From positions 9,328 through 73,327 of the forward strand of contig CALVNG010000002.1 in assembly GCA_944349545.1 (NCBI GenBank): a stretch of DNA of 64,000 bases, read 5' to 3'. Under the pieces are notes generated by a model. The model ran no database searches. It saw nothing but the letters and a program-made list of their open reading frames with translations, and had not been told where the DNA came from. Below, one piece after another: positions 35,908-46,484 of the stretch (positions are counted from its first letter, which is position 1; each line of letters opens with the position of its first letter). The position numbers and the translations under genes were made by a program. The stretch is from an uncultured Eubacteriales bacterium. GTDB lineage: Bacteria > Bacillota > Clostridia > Christensenellales > Aristaeellaceae.

Positions 35908-37221
35908 TTATGCCTTGTAGATGCAGCAGGTCACGACGCCGTCGGATACGAACATCTGATAGCGGATGGCATAGGGCATGGTATTGGTCATGATGAGGTT
36001 GATATCCCCGCCGCCTACCGCCGCGTCAAAGCCCTTCTTGGCATAGTAGATGCCCACGTCGGCGTGCACCTTGCGGTGCGTGACCAGGATGGGAAGCTGG
36101 ATGGTAGCGATATAGAAGGTGGTGTTCACCTGACAGGTGCCGCCGCCGTAGCCCCACAGCGCGCCCTTTTTCATGATGGGCGCCTTGTGATAGCCCGTGG
36201 ACTGCATGAACGGGCCGATGGTCTGGTGCTGGTTATACTCCTCGCCGGGCTGGAGAATGGTGCCGGTGATCATGCTGGAGGACAGGCGGATGTTCCAGTT
36301 GCGGCCCTGATACTGCAGCGTGGAGATACCCACGGCGTAGTAGGTGCTCATGGTGCTGATCAGGTCGCCGCTTTCAGCGGTCTCCCAGTCCTTGACCGGC
36401 ATCAGCCAGGCCACATCCTCTTCCTTGATGTACCCGGTGGTACGCCAGTAGGGCAGGGGGTAGCGGCCTTCCTCATCCAGCTCGAACACCGCGATGGCCG
36501 CGCCGGGGTTGATGGTTTTGAGCACGGAGTCGTCCTCCATGCTGTAGATGGTGGTGGTGTGGTTGACAAAGGCCAGGTAGGGCATGATGTCCAGGCCGGG
36601 AATCTCGCCCACATAGGGGTCGATGCGGTCCCACTTGAACAGCGAGGATGTACGGATGAAGCCGTAGACGTTTTCGTAGCGCGCCAGGCACCACTCGCCG
36701 CTGACCTCGCTGACGATCACCTGCTCGTACATGGGCACGCTGCCGATTTTCCGGCTGAGCTCGTTGGGCTCCAGATAGATGATGGCGGTCTTGACCGCAT
36801 GGGCATAGTAGCCCTCGTAGAAGTTTTCGGCGCTGGTGGTGAAGTTTGGCGCATTGACCGGTTCGGCCACTTCGATTTCAAGGTCCGCCGTGCCGTTGGC
36901 CTCGGCGGCCTCCAGATCGTAGAGGGTAATATCGTCCAGGTACTCGGTCAGCACGTAACCCTCCATGACGGGCGTGCGCACCCTGCACCATTCCTCGCCC
37001 AGCTCAAGAATGTAGACAAAGGAGTCGCGGGGAATGCTGTCGCCGGCAAGGGCGTCCTTGCTGGGCGAGCGCCGTACCTTCAGGGCGACGCTGGCGATGG
37101 CGGTATGCGTGATGGGGTCCTGCTCCTGCGCGGCCTCTTCCTGAGCAAGGGCGCACAGCGGCGAGAGCGCCATCATTGCGGCCAGCAGCAGCAAAAACAG
37201 CGGGCGAAAAAAACGCTTCAT
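35908..37221 (-). CDS. VanW-family protein with N-terminal SH3-like repeats
   Basis: The ORF opens at 37278. Signal peptide begins at MKRFFRPLFLLLLAAMMALSPLCALA (ATG 37221). SH3b-like segments (LKVRRSPSKD...GEEWCRV). C-terminal VanW block WGYGGGTCQVNTTFYIA. Confidence 0.7.
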   Translation of the reverse strand: MKRFFRPLFLLLLAAMMALSPLCALAQEEAAQEQDPITHTAIASVALKVRRSPSKDALAGDSIPRDSFVYILELGEEWCRVRTPVMEGYVLTEYLDDITLYDLEAAEANGTADLEIEVAEPVNAPNFTTSAENFYEGYYAHAVKTAIIYLEPNELSRKIGSVPMYEQVIVSEVSGEWCLARYENVYGFIRTSSLFKWDRIDPYVGEIPGLDIMPYLAFVNHTTTIYSMEDDSVLKTINPGAAIAVFELDEEGRYPLPYWRTTGYIKEEDVAWLMPVKDWETAESGDLISTMSTYYAVGISTLQYQGRNWNIRLSSSMITGTILQPGEEYNQHQTIGPFMQSTGYHKAPIMKKGALWGYGGGTCQVNTTFYIATIQLPILVTHRKVHADVGIYYAKKGFDAAVGGGDINLIMTNTMPYAIRYQMFVSDGVVTCCIYKA

Positions 37222-37430
37222 GTGAACAAAAGGCTCCTTTACAGTTGGTTGGGTTTGGCGGAAATGGCAACCGCCCACGTTATATTATAACGATGCGGCA
37301 AGGGATTCGTCAATACGCGTTTTTCCGCCCAAACGGGGGGAAAGAAGTGGACAAACGTGCCGCGCTGTTGTAAGATGGTGCTTGCCGCCGCGTGCGGCGT
37401 ATTTCCATTCCAAGGAAGAAGGCACCGCAC

Positions 37431-38327
37431 ATGAAGCGTTCGGTTCGGGCAAACCTGCTGCTCACGCTGACGGCGCTCATCTGGGGCGCGGCGTTCGTCG
37501 CCCAGGACGTGGCGGCGGACAGCCTGGGTTCGTTTACTTTCAACGGCCTGCGCATGGCGCTGGCCGCGCTGGCGATGCTGCCGGTAATTGCTGCGCTGGA
37601 CCGAAAGGCCCGCAAAGCCGGACAGAATCTCTCCTGGCGGGGAATGCCCCCGGCGCAGCGAAGGACGCTGCTGACCGCCGGCGTGTGCTGCGGCGCGATG
37701 CTGGCGCTGGCCAGCGCCTTTCAGCAGATGGGCATTGCCATGGGCACGGGCGCGGGCAAGGCGGGGTTCATCACGGCGCTCTACATCGTGCTGGTGCCGC
37801 TCCTGGGCATGCTTTGGGGACGCAGACCCGCGTGGCTGGTATGGGTGGCTGTCCTTTTGAGCGTGGGTGGGCTGTACCTTCTGTGCATCGGCGAGGGCTT
37901 CTCCATCGCGCCGGGCGACGGGCTGCTCATCCTTTGCGCGCTGTGCTTTTCGGGTCACATTCTGGTGGTGGATCATTTCAGCCGCCTGACGGACTGCGTG
38001 AAGATGAGCTGCCTGCAATTTGCCACGGCGGCAGCGCTGTGTCTGGGCGTGGCGGTGTTCACGGAACCCATTGACGCGCAAACCGTTGTGAAATGCGCCG
38101 TGCCGCTGCTCTACGCGGGCGTTTTGAGCGGCGCGGTGGGCTATACGCTGCAGATCGTGGCACAAAAGGACACCGACCCCACGGTGGCATCGCTCCTCAT
38201 GTCGCTGGAAAGCGTGTTTGCGGTGCTGGCGGGCTGGGTGCTGCTGGGCGACCTGCTCACGGCAAGGGAAGCGCTTGGCTGTGTGCTGATGATGGGCGGC
38301 ATCGTGCTGGCGCAGCTGAAAAGCTGA
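37431..38327 (+). CDS. DMT-superfamily (EamA) transporter
   Basis: The ATG at 37431 follows AAGGAAGAAGG (ORF opens at 37392). Ten hydrophobic helices in two EamA-like halves (LIWGAAFVAQ..., GYTLQIVAQK). Confidence 0.8.
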   Translation: MKRSVRANLLLTLTALIWGAAFVAQDVAADSLGSFTFNGLRMALAALAMLPVIAALDRKARKAGQNLSWRGMPPAQRRTLLTAGVCCGAMLALASAFQQMGIAMGTGAGKAGFITALYIVLVPLLGMLWGRRPAWLVWVAVLLSVGGLYLLCIGEGFSIAPGDGLLILCALCFSGHILVVDHFSRLTDCVKMSCLQFATAAALCLGVAVFTEPIDAQTVVKCAVPLLYAGVLSGAVGYTLQIVAQKDTDPTVASLLMSLESVFAVLAGWVLLGDLLTAREALGCVLMMGGIVLAQLKS

Positions 38328-38364
38328 AAAAGGCTGCATGGTCCTGGGAACCATGCAGCCTTTT
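38327..38364. terminator. bidirectional rho-independent terminator between the DMT gene and argF
   Basis: Stem GGCTGCATGG / CCATGCAGCC, flanked by GAAAAA and TTTTAT. Confidence 0.75.
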
Positions 38365-38377
38365 ATGATGCCAGTTT

Positions 38378-39292
38378 TCAGCCCAGCAGCCGCACCAGCA
38401 CGGCTTTCTGCGCGTGGAGACGGTTTTCCGCTTCCTCGAAGATTTCGCCGGCATGCGCCTCCAGCACCTCGGCGGTAATTTCTTCGCCGCGGTGCGCGGG
38501 CAGGCAATGCAGCACCATCGCGCCCGTGTTTGCCGCGTCCATCACGGCCTGGTTCACCTGATAGCCCGCAAAGGCGGCCCGGCGCTTCTCGGCCTCGCCC
38601 TCCTGGCCCATGGAGGCCCATACGTCGGTGTAGAGCACGTCGGCGCCTGCGGCCATGCCCAGAACGTCGGGCTGGCAGTCGAAATCGCCGTTCGCGCGCG
38701 CCCACTCCATCAGGGCCGCGTCAGGCTGATAGTCCGCGGGGCAGGCGATACGCACGGCCATGCCCGTTTTGATGCCGCCCACGATGAGGGAGTTGGCCAT
38801 GTTGTTGCCGTCGCCCACAAAGCACAGCTTCAGCCCCCTGAAGCTGCCCTTGCGCTCACGAATGGTCATCAGGTCGGCCAGCACCTGGCAGGGGTGCGCA
38901 TAGTCGGTCAGGCCGTTGATGATCGGGATGGAACCGTAACGGGCCAGGTCCTCCACCTCCTGCTGGGCGAAGGTACGGATCATGATGCCGTCCAGGTAGC
39001 GCGAAAGCACGCGCGCGGTGTCCTCCACGGGCTCGCCGCGGCCGATTTGCAGATCGCGGCTGGAGAGGAACAGGGCGCTTCCGCCCAGCTGGCTCATGCC
39101 CACCTCAAAGCTCACGCGCGTGCGGGTGGAGGATTTCTGAAAGATCATGCCCAGCGTCTTGCCCGCAAGAAGCGGATGGGGAATGCCGTGCTTGCGCTCG
39201 TATTTGAGCTGGTCGGCCAGGTTCAGGATATCCAGAATCTGCTCGGAACTCAGGTCCGACAGCTTGAGCAGGTGCTTGATGGGTTCGCTCAT
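38378..39292 (-). CDS. argF: ornithine carbamoyltransferase
   Basis: 304 aa. Contains SSTRTRVSFE (STRTR carbamoyl-phosphate motif), DGNNMANS and HCLPAHRGEE. Confidence 0.92.
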   Translation of the reverse strand: MSEPIKHLLKLSDLSSEQILDILNLADQLKYERKHGIPHPLLAGKTLGMIFQKSSTRTRVSFEVGMSQLGGSALFLSSRDLQIGRGEPVEDTARVLSRYLDGIMIRTFAQQEVEDLARYGSIPIINGLTDYAHPCQVLADLMTIRERKGSFRGLKLCFVGDGNNMANSLIVGGIKTGMAVRIACPADYQPDAALMEWARANGDFDCQPDVLGMAAGADVLYTDVWASMGQEGEAEKRRAAFAGYQVNQAVMDAANTGAMVLHCLPAHRGEEITAEVLEAHAGEIFEEAENRLHAQKAVLVRLLG

Positions 39293-40461
39293 GCGCTCAA
39301 CGCCTCCTTGATGATGGATACGGCCTGCCTGAGATCAGGCCACGGGATGGTGAGCGGCGGCAGGAGCCGCAGCCTGGTTTTGGCCGTGAGCGCGACCACG
39401 CCGCGGGAGAGCAGGTCGCTCACCAGCGCGGCGGCAGGCCTGGCGCTCTCCACGCCCAGCATCAGCCCGCGCCCGGAAACGGTCACGCCGGGGAGCTGCT
39501 CAAGCTCTGCGCGCACCCATTCACCCTTTTGGGCTACCTCGGCCATCAGCTCGTCGGTCAAGCGGTCCTGCACATACAGGGCCGCCGTGGCGCACACGGG
39601 GTTGCCGCCGAAGGTGGAGCCGTGCGTACCGGGGGTGAGCGCCTCGGCGGCCTTTTCGCCCAGCAGGCACGCGCCCATAGGCAGGCCGCCCGCAAGGCCC
39701 TTGGCCGTGGAAACCACGTCCGGCAGAATGCCGAAGTGCTGATAGCTGTACAATTTGCCGGTGCGACCGTTGCCGGTCTGCACCTCGTCGATCATCAGCA
39801 GGATGTCGCGCGCCTCGGTCATCTCTCGCGCGGCGAGGATGTACTCCTCCGTCAGGCAGTTCACGCCGCCCTCGCCCTGAATGGTTTCAATCAGCAGGGC
39901 GCATACGTCGCCCACGCTCAGGGCGGTTTTTAGCGCCGTCACATCGTTGGCGGGCACATGCCGGAAACCCTCCGGGAAGGGCCCGAAGTCGTGATGGAAC
40001 GCATCCTGCCCCGTGGCCGCCAGCGTGGCGAGCGTGCGGCCGTGGAAGCTGTTTTCCAGCGTGAGGATGACGGGGCGCACGTTTTCGCCGTGCTTGAGGG
40101 CGCTGTAGCGCCGCGCGACCTTGATGGCGCACTCGTTGGCCTCCGCGCCGGAGTTGCCGAAGAACACGCGCTTCATGCCCGTGCGCTCGCACAGGCGCTG
40201 GGCCAAAAGCGCCTGCGGCGCGGTGTGGTAGAGGTTGCTGGCATGGGCGAGCTGCCCGGCCTGCGCGCTCACCGCCGCGACCCAGCCCTCGTCCCCGTAG
40301 CCCAGGGCGTTTACGGCGATGCCGCTGCCCATGTCGATGTAGGCCTTGCCCGCCTCGTCATACAGGCGGCAGCCCTCGCCCCGCACAAAGGTGACGGGTG
40401 CGCGGGCATAGGTGTGGGCCACGTACCGGCTGTCCAGAGCCTGAATATCGGTCATGCGCAA
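39289..40461 (-). CDS. argD: acetylornithine aminotransferase
   Basis: 390 aa class-III aminotransferase. Contains FFGNSGAEANE, DEVQTGNGRTG and VSTAKGLAGG (PLP lysine). Overlaps argF by 4 nt. Confidence 0.9.
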   Translation of the reverse strand: MRMTDIQALDSRYVAHTYARAPVTFVRGEGCRLYDEAGKAYIDMGSGIAVNALGYGDEGWVAAVSAQAGQLAHASNLYHTAPQALLAQRLCERTGMKRVFFGNSGAEANECAIKVARRYSALKHGENVRPVILTLENSFHGRTLATLAATGQDAFHHDFGPFPEGFRHVPANDVTALKTALSVGDVCALLIETIQGEGGVNCLTEEYILAAREMTEARDILLMIDEVQTGNGRTGKLYSYQHFGILPDVVSTAKGLAGGLPMGACLLGEKAAEALTPGTHGSTFGGNPVCATAALYVQDRLTDELMAEVAQKGEWVRAELEQLPGVTVSGRGLMLGVESARPAAALVSDLLSRGVVALTAKTRLRLLPPLTIPWPDLRQAVSIIKEALSA

Positions 40462-40477
40462 AAAGCCTCCTTTGGCT

Positions 40478-41323
40478 TCAGTAAAACATGGTGCCCACGC
40501 CCTCGTCGGTCAGGCACTCGATCAAAATGGCGTGCGGCACGCGGCCGTCGATGATGAACACCTTTTTCACACCCCGGCGGATGGCCTCGATGCAACATTC
40601 GATCTTGGGGATCATGCCGCCGGAGATGATGCCCTCGCGGATGAGCTGCGGGGCCTCGCTGACCTGCACGGAGGGGATCAGCGTGCTTTCGTCGGCGGGG
40701 TCGCGCAGGATGCCGCGGATGTCGGTCATGGAGATGAGGCTCTCGGCGCCCAGGCTGGCCGCGATGCGCGCGGCGGCGGTATCGGCGTTGATGTTGTAGG
40801 GGTTGCCCTCGCCGTCGCAGCCCACGGTGGAGATGACGGGAATGTAGCCCTTCTCCAGCACGTCGAGGATGGGCTGGGTGTTGACGTTTACAATTTCACC
40901 CACGTAGCCGTGCACGTCGTCGAGCCTGCGGGCCTCGATCATGTGGCCGTCCATGCCGCAAAGGCCCATGGCCTTGCCGCCCATGGACTGGATGTAGCCC
41001 ACGAGGCTTTTGCCTACCTTGCCGGCCAGGACCATCTGCACGATGTCGGCCGCCTCGCGGTCGGTGACGCGCAGGCCGTCGATAAACTCGGACTTCTTGC
41101 CCAGGCGCTTGAGAAGGTCGGTGATCTCCGGGCCGCCGCCGTGCACCAGCACGACCTTCACGCCCACGAGCGTGAGCAGCAGCAGGTCGCCCATCACGGC
41201 GCGCTTGAGGTCCTCGTTGACCATGGCGTTGCCGCCGTATTTGATGACGACGATTTTCTGGTTATACGCTTTGATATAGGGCAGGGCTTGAATGAGGACC
41301 TCTGCCCGCTGGTCGATGGTCAT
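40478..41323 (-). CDS. argB: acetylglutamate kinase
   Basis: 281 aa. Contains VIKYGGNAM, VLVHGGGPEI and NINADTAA. Confidence 0.92.
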   Translation of the reverse strand: MTIDQRAEVLIQALPYIKAYNQKIVVIKYGGNAMVNEDLKRAVMGDLLLLTLVGVKVVLVHGGGPEITDLLKRLGKKSEFIDGLRVTDREAADIVQMVLAGKVGKSLVGYIQSMGGKAMGLCGMDGHMIEARRLDDVHGYVGEIVNVNTQPILDVLEKGYIPVISTVGCDGEGNPYNINADTAAARIAASLGAESLISMTDIRGILRDPADESTLIPSVQVSEAPQLIREGIISGGMIPKIECCIEAIRRGVKKVFIIDGRVPHAILIECLTDEGVGTMFY

Positions 41324-41342
41324 GGGTTTTCTCCTTACTGTA

Positions 41343-42575
41343 TCAGGTGCGGTAGTCGCCGTTAATCTTGACGTAGTCGTAGGTGAGGTCGCAGCCCCAG
41401 GCCTTGGCCGTGGCGCTGCCGCTGTTGAGCGCCACCTGGACGGTGATCTCGTCGTCCATGAGGATCTCCTTGGCGGTCTCCTCGCTGAAGGCTACGCCCG
41501 CGCCGCCGCGGCACACGGGAATGAGCCCCCGGTTGGAGCGGAAGTTCACATCCACCTTGCTCACATCCACGTCCGCTCCGGCATAGCCGATGGCGCACAG
41601 CACGCGGCCCCAGTTGGCGTCGGCGCCGAAGATGGCCGCCTTGAGCAGCGTACTCTTGATGACCGCCTTGGCCACCAGCTTTGCGGCGGCGGTGCTCTTG
41701 GCGCCCGTCACCTCGCAGGCCAGCAGCTTGGTTGCACCCTCGCCGTCCTTGGCCATGATGGCGCACAGCTTTTCGCACACCTTGTACAGCGCCGCCACAA
41801 ACGCCTCGTAATCCGTGCCCATGCAGGCCTCGATGGGCGTGTTGCCCGCCATGCCGTTGGCCATGATGGAAACCATGTCGTTGGTGGAGGTGTCGCCGTC
41901 CACGCTGAGCATGTTGAAGGTATCAGCCGTGACGGTGGTGAGCGCCCGCTTGAGCGCCACGGAGGAGATGGCCGCGTCGGTGGTCAGGAAGCACAGCATG
42001 GTGGCCATGTTGGGCGCGATCATGCCGCTACCCTTGGCGATGCCGCCCAGCTTGCACGTTTTGCCGCCCAGGGGGAAGCGCACGGCGACCTCCTTGGAGA
42101 CCGTGTCGGTGGTCATGATGGCCTCGGCCGCGCGGGTGCCGCCGGCGGGGGTGTCCTCCAGCGAATCGGCCAGCTTGCCGAAGTTCTTCTGGAAGGGCTC
42201 CAGCGTCATGGGCTGGCCGATCACGCCGGTGGAGGCCACGATCACGTCCTCGGCCTTCACGCCGATGTACTGCTCCACCAGGGAGCACATGCCCTCGGCG
42301 ATCTCGATGCCGTTGGCGTTGCAGGTGTTGGCGTTGCCGCTGTTGCAGATGACGGCCTGCGCGACGCCGTTTTCCACGTGCTTTTGCGTAACCAGGATGG
42401 GCGCGCCCTTGACCAGATTCTGCGTGTAGACGCAGGCGGCGTTGGCGGGTACTTCGCTGACGATGAGGGCCACGTCGCGCCGGGTGCGGTTGCGGCGGAT
42501 GCCCATGTGCTCGCCCGTGGCGGAGAAGCCCTGCGCGGCCGTCGCGCCGCCGGCGATGAAGGTGATTTCTGACAT
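41343..42575 (-). CDS. argJ: bifunctional ornithine acetyltransferase / N-acetylglutamate synthase
   Basis: 410 aa. Self-cleavage region IAKGSGMIAPNMATMLCFLTTDA. C-terminal DLTYDYVKINGDYRT. Confidence 0.92.
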   Translation of the reverse strand: MSEITFIAGGATAAQGFSATGEHMGIRRNRTRRDVALIVSEVPANAACVYTQNLVKGAPILVTQKHVENGVAQAVICNSGNANTCNANGIEIAEGMCSLVEQYIGVKAEDVIVASTGVIGQPMTLEPFQKNFGKLADSLEDTPAGGTRAAEAIMTTDTVSKEVAVRFPLGGKTCKLGGIAKGSGMIAPNMATMLCFLTTDAAISSVALKRALTTVTADTFNMLSVDGDTSTNDMVSIMANGMAGNTPIEACMGTDYEAFVAALYKVCEKLCAIMAKDGEGATKLLACEVTGAKSTAAAKLVAKAVIKSTLLKAAIFGADANWGRVLCAIGYAGADVDVSKVDVNFRSNRGLIPVCRGGAGVAFSEETAKEILMDDEITVQVALNSGSATAKAWGCDLTYDYVKINGDYRT

Positions 42576-42626
42576 TGTGATCCCCCTTCCAGATTGCTCA
42601 AAAAGCGGACGGGCAAGGCCCGCCCG

Positions 42627-43558
42627 TCAAAGCGCCAGCCCCGTGAGGGGCGGCGCACCCAGGACCAGGTTGAGACATTCGATGGCCGCGCCGCACGCGC
42701 CCTTGCCCAGATTGTCAAAGCGCGCGTAGGCGATCATGCGCTCGTCGTTGCCGGTGACAAACAGCTCCATGCGGTCGCTGCCGCTGAGGGCCACGCTGTC
42801 GATGGACGGCTCGGGATTGTCCTCCAGCACCCGCACCAGCGCCGCGCCCTCAAAGAACGCGCGGTAGACGCCGCTCACCTCGGCGAGCGAGGCCTTGCGG
42901 CACAGGATGCCCTCGGTGAGCGGGAGGCTCACCAGCATGCCGCTGAACACGTCCATCACCACGGGCTGGAACACCGGCGGGCGCGTAAGGCCGCACACAT
43001 GCGTGATTTCGGGCAGGTGTTTGTGGCTCTGGCCCACGGCGTAGGGCCGGAGCGCGTGCAGGGCGGCGGGCCGGTCCGGCGCCTCGTAATCGGCGATCAT
43101 GCGCTTGCCGCCCCCGGAATAGCCCGTGAGCGACAAAAGCGACAGCGGCGCGTCCGGCGAGAGCAGCCCCGCATCCACCAGCGGCTTCACCAGCGCGATG
43201 CACCCGCTGGCGTGGCAGCCCGGCACGGCGATGCGCCGGGCGCTGCTAACGGCTTTGGCCTGCACCGCCCCAAGCTCCGGGAAGCCGTAGGTAAAGCGCG
43301 GGTCCGTGCGGTGGGCGGTGGAGGCGTCCAGAATGACGCCTTCCCCCTCGCCCAGGGCGGCCACCAGCTCGCGGCTGGCGGCGTCGGGCAGGCAGAGGAT
43401 GGTGGCGTCGGCCCGGCGGGCCATGACGGCGCGGGCTTCAAGGTCCTTGCGCTTCTCCTCCGGGAGCGAGAGGAGCGAAATGTCCTCCCGCCCGGCGAGG
43501 CGATCCCGCACCCGCAGGCCCGTGGTTCCCTGGTCGCCGTCGATGAATACGTTGAACA

Positions 43559-43559
<1 letters not shown>
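42627..43559 (-). CDS. argC: N-acetyl-gamma-glutamyl-phosphate reductase (short, type-2 form)
   Basis: 310 aa. Contains DGDQGTTGLRV (NAD-binding), the active-site region VPGCHASG and DNLGKGA near the C-terminus. Confidence 0.88.
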
Positions 43560-44794
<1,235 letters not shown>

Positions 44795-44808
44795 AGCAAA
44801 TGCCTCCT

Positions 44809-44842
44809 TGAATGTTTATGCATGTATTATGCATATTATGCA
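44809..44842 (-). promoter_or_regulatory. candidate ArgR/AhrC operator (three TGCATAA repeats forming overlapping palindromes) over the arg promoter
   Basis: The minus strand reads cTGCATAATATGCATAATACATGCATAAACATTCA. TGCATA-A-TATGCA is a perfect 6-1-6 palindrome. TGCAT-N5-ATGCA overlaps it. The shape resembles the ARG box core TGAAT-N4-ATTCA. It covers the -10 box and the start region of the argG promoter. Confidence 0.4.
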
Positions 44843-44854
44843 GGCGCTTGTCAA
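44826..44854 (-). promoter_or_regulatory. sigma-A-type promoter of the argGCJBDF operon
   Basis: Minus strand: TTGACA (44854..44849), 17 nt, CATAAT (44831..44826). About 30 nt upstream of the argG ATG. Confidence 0.5.
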
Positions 44855-44995
44855 GGGGTATCGGGAATTTTTTTAGAAAACCAAAAGAAATCCCAAGTGC
44901 AGAGATGGAAATTTTATCGCAGAAAACAGACATGTTTCTTAACTTTTATGTTGAAAAACTTTTTAGGAATGCGTTTGCCGCTATATTACGTCAGA

Positions 44996-45024
44996 TTGAA
45001 AAAGATAGCTAAAGATGATATACT
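44996..45024 (+). promoter_or_regulatory. sigma-A-type promoter for the R-M operon
   Basis: TTGAAA (44996..45001), 17 nt, TATACT (45019..45024). About 80 nt upstream of the endonuclease ATG, which is preceded by AAGGAG. Confidence 0.45.
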
Positions 45025-45107
45025 GATATACCATAATGGATACATAGGGTTGAGGTGTGGACAGACGGACGGGAACGCAATCTGTTAAGCAAAGAAGGAG
45101 TTAACAA

Positions 45108-45767
45108 ATGCTTGCAAGCAAGAAATATATTAATTTAGATATTCAATCAAAATATGAGTTTTTTGACTATGGGCATGCCTTGGAAATATTGCATGAAAGC
45201 TTCCCGGAGGAATGGAAGGAAATACAGGTGGCGTTAAGGCAACTTAAGTTGACGTTGGCTGATATTTCTAAGGCAGGAGGCAATGAGTCGCCCATTCCAA
45301 AGAAATTTGACGATGCATTGTATCCTCGCGGTTGGAGAGAAATTCGTATTTCCGGAGATCTGATCGTAAAAAAATATCCACGGCAGGCAGTGCAGCGCAG
45401 AGGTCGCTTTGCGGACGAACCATTTGAGATCGAGACAATCAAGGGCTATATTGATGGTCATAATATAGATTTTTTGAAGAACAAGGTTGCCTTTGATCTT
45501 GAATGGAACAGCAAGGACCAAACGTTTGACCGGGATTTGCTTGCTATGCGGACCTATTTTGATTGCGGGCTGATTGATGTTGGGGTTATTGTAACCAGAG
45601 CCGAGGAATTAAACGATATTTTCAAGGATGCAGGTATTATGGCTAAATATGGGGCTTCAACCACTTGGATGGGGAAATTGCTGTACCGTCTTGACAGCAG
45701 ACGAAACGGAGGCTGTCCTATTTTGGCAGTCGGAATAAAGAAGGGGTGCGTTGAGGGGTATGAGTAA
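45108..45767 (+). CDS. type II restriction endonuclease, BglII/BamHI-like fold
   Basis: 219 aa, AT-rich codon usage. Segment NIDFLKNKVAFDLEWNSKD aligns, from my recollection of BglII (DIDFGKRDTLVEVQFSNY) and BamHI (VGMEFETGN), with the catalytic D-X8-(E/D)-X-(Q/E) strand pair (D121, D130, E132 here). The N-terminal WKEI block is also shared with BglII. Immediately followed by a methyltransferase. Confidence 0.65.
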   Translation: MLASKKYINLDIQSKYEFFDYGHALEILHESFPEEWKEIQVALRQLKLTLADISKAGGNESPIPKKFDDALYPRGWREIRISGDLIVKKYPRQAVQRRGRFADEPFEIETIKGYIDGHNIDFLKNKVAFDLEWNSKDQTFDRDLLAMRTYFDCGLIDVGVIVTRAEELNDIFKDAGIMAKYGASTTWMGKLLYRLDSRRNGGCPILAVGIKKGCVEGYE

Positions 45768-46410
45768 CTTGGAGCATACAGCTAAAGACTTAATAGCTTT
45801 TACAAATGGGAAAAAATATAACACTATTTATGCCGACCCACCGTGGCAATTTCAGAATCGTACCGGCAAAGTGGCACCTGAACACAAAAGATTAACGCGT
45901 TACGAGACGATGACGCTGGCGGATATCAAGGCGCTTCCAGTGTCTGACATAGCGGATCACAAGGCGCATCTATACCTTTGGATTCCTAACGCATTGCTCC
46001 CGGAAGGGCTGGCGGTAATGGATGCGTGGGGGTTTGAGTATAAGGGAAATGTTGTTTGGGAAAAAGTTCGGAAAGATGGATTACCTGATGGCAGAGGCGT
46101 GGGCTTCTATTTCCGCAACGTTACAGAAATTTTGCTTTTTGGCATCAAAAAGAAAAGTGCACCGAATCGGACGTTGCCTCCGGCTCGTTCACAGGTTAAT
46201 TTGATTAGAGCACAAAAGCGTGAACACAGTAGAAAGCCCGATGAGATAATTCCAATTATCGAGGCCTGCAGCCTGCCTAATCGGATTGAATTATTTGCTC
46301 GTGGAGACCGTGAAGGATGGGACATGTGGGGAAATCAGGCAGTTGCCAATTATGAACCGACTTGGAATACATATAAAAACCATACCATTGCAAAACTGAA
46401 CCATGGCTGA
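45760..46410 (+). CDS. MT-A70-family DNA methyltransferase (DPPW; probable N6-adenine)
   Basis: The ATG at 45760 overlaps the endonuclease stop (ATGAGTAA); the ORF track opens at a TTG at 45751. Contains YNTIYADPPWQF (catalytic DPPW), GFYFRNVTEILLFG and REHSRKPDE, typical of bacterial MT-A70/M.MunI-like enzymes. Confidence 0.8.
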   Translation: MSNLEHTAKDLIAFTNGKKYNTIYADPPWQFQNRTGKVAPEHKRLTRYETMTLADIKALPVSDIADHKAHLYLWIPNALLPEGLAVMDAWGFEYKGNVVWEKVRKDGLPDGRGVGFYFRNVTEILLFGIKKKSAPNRTLPPARSQVNLIRAQKREHSRKPDEIIPIIEACSLPNRIELFARGDREGWDMWGNQAVANYEPTWNTYKNHTIAKLNHG

Positions 46411-46484
46411 TTCAGTTAAAAACAAGCTTTGTAACGGGGATAAACGGTCGGGCCAAGGGACAAATTTCTCTTTTATCTTGTTGG

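Noticed and set aside
44812-45012. 66-aa ORF upstream of the endonuclease, considered as a possible R-M controller (C) protein.
   Set aside because: It starts inside the arg operator/promoter on the opposite strand. It has no convincing RBS and no helix-turn-helix pattern. It ends at the predicted R-M promoter rather than downstream of it.
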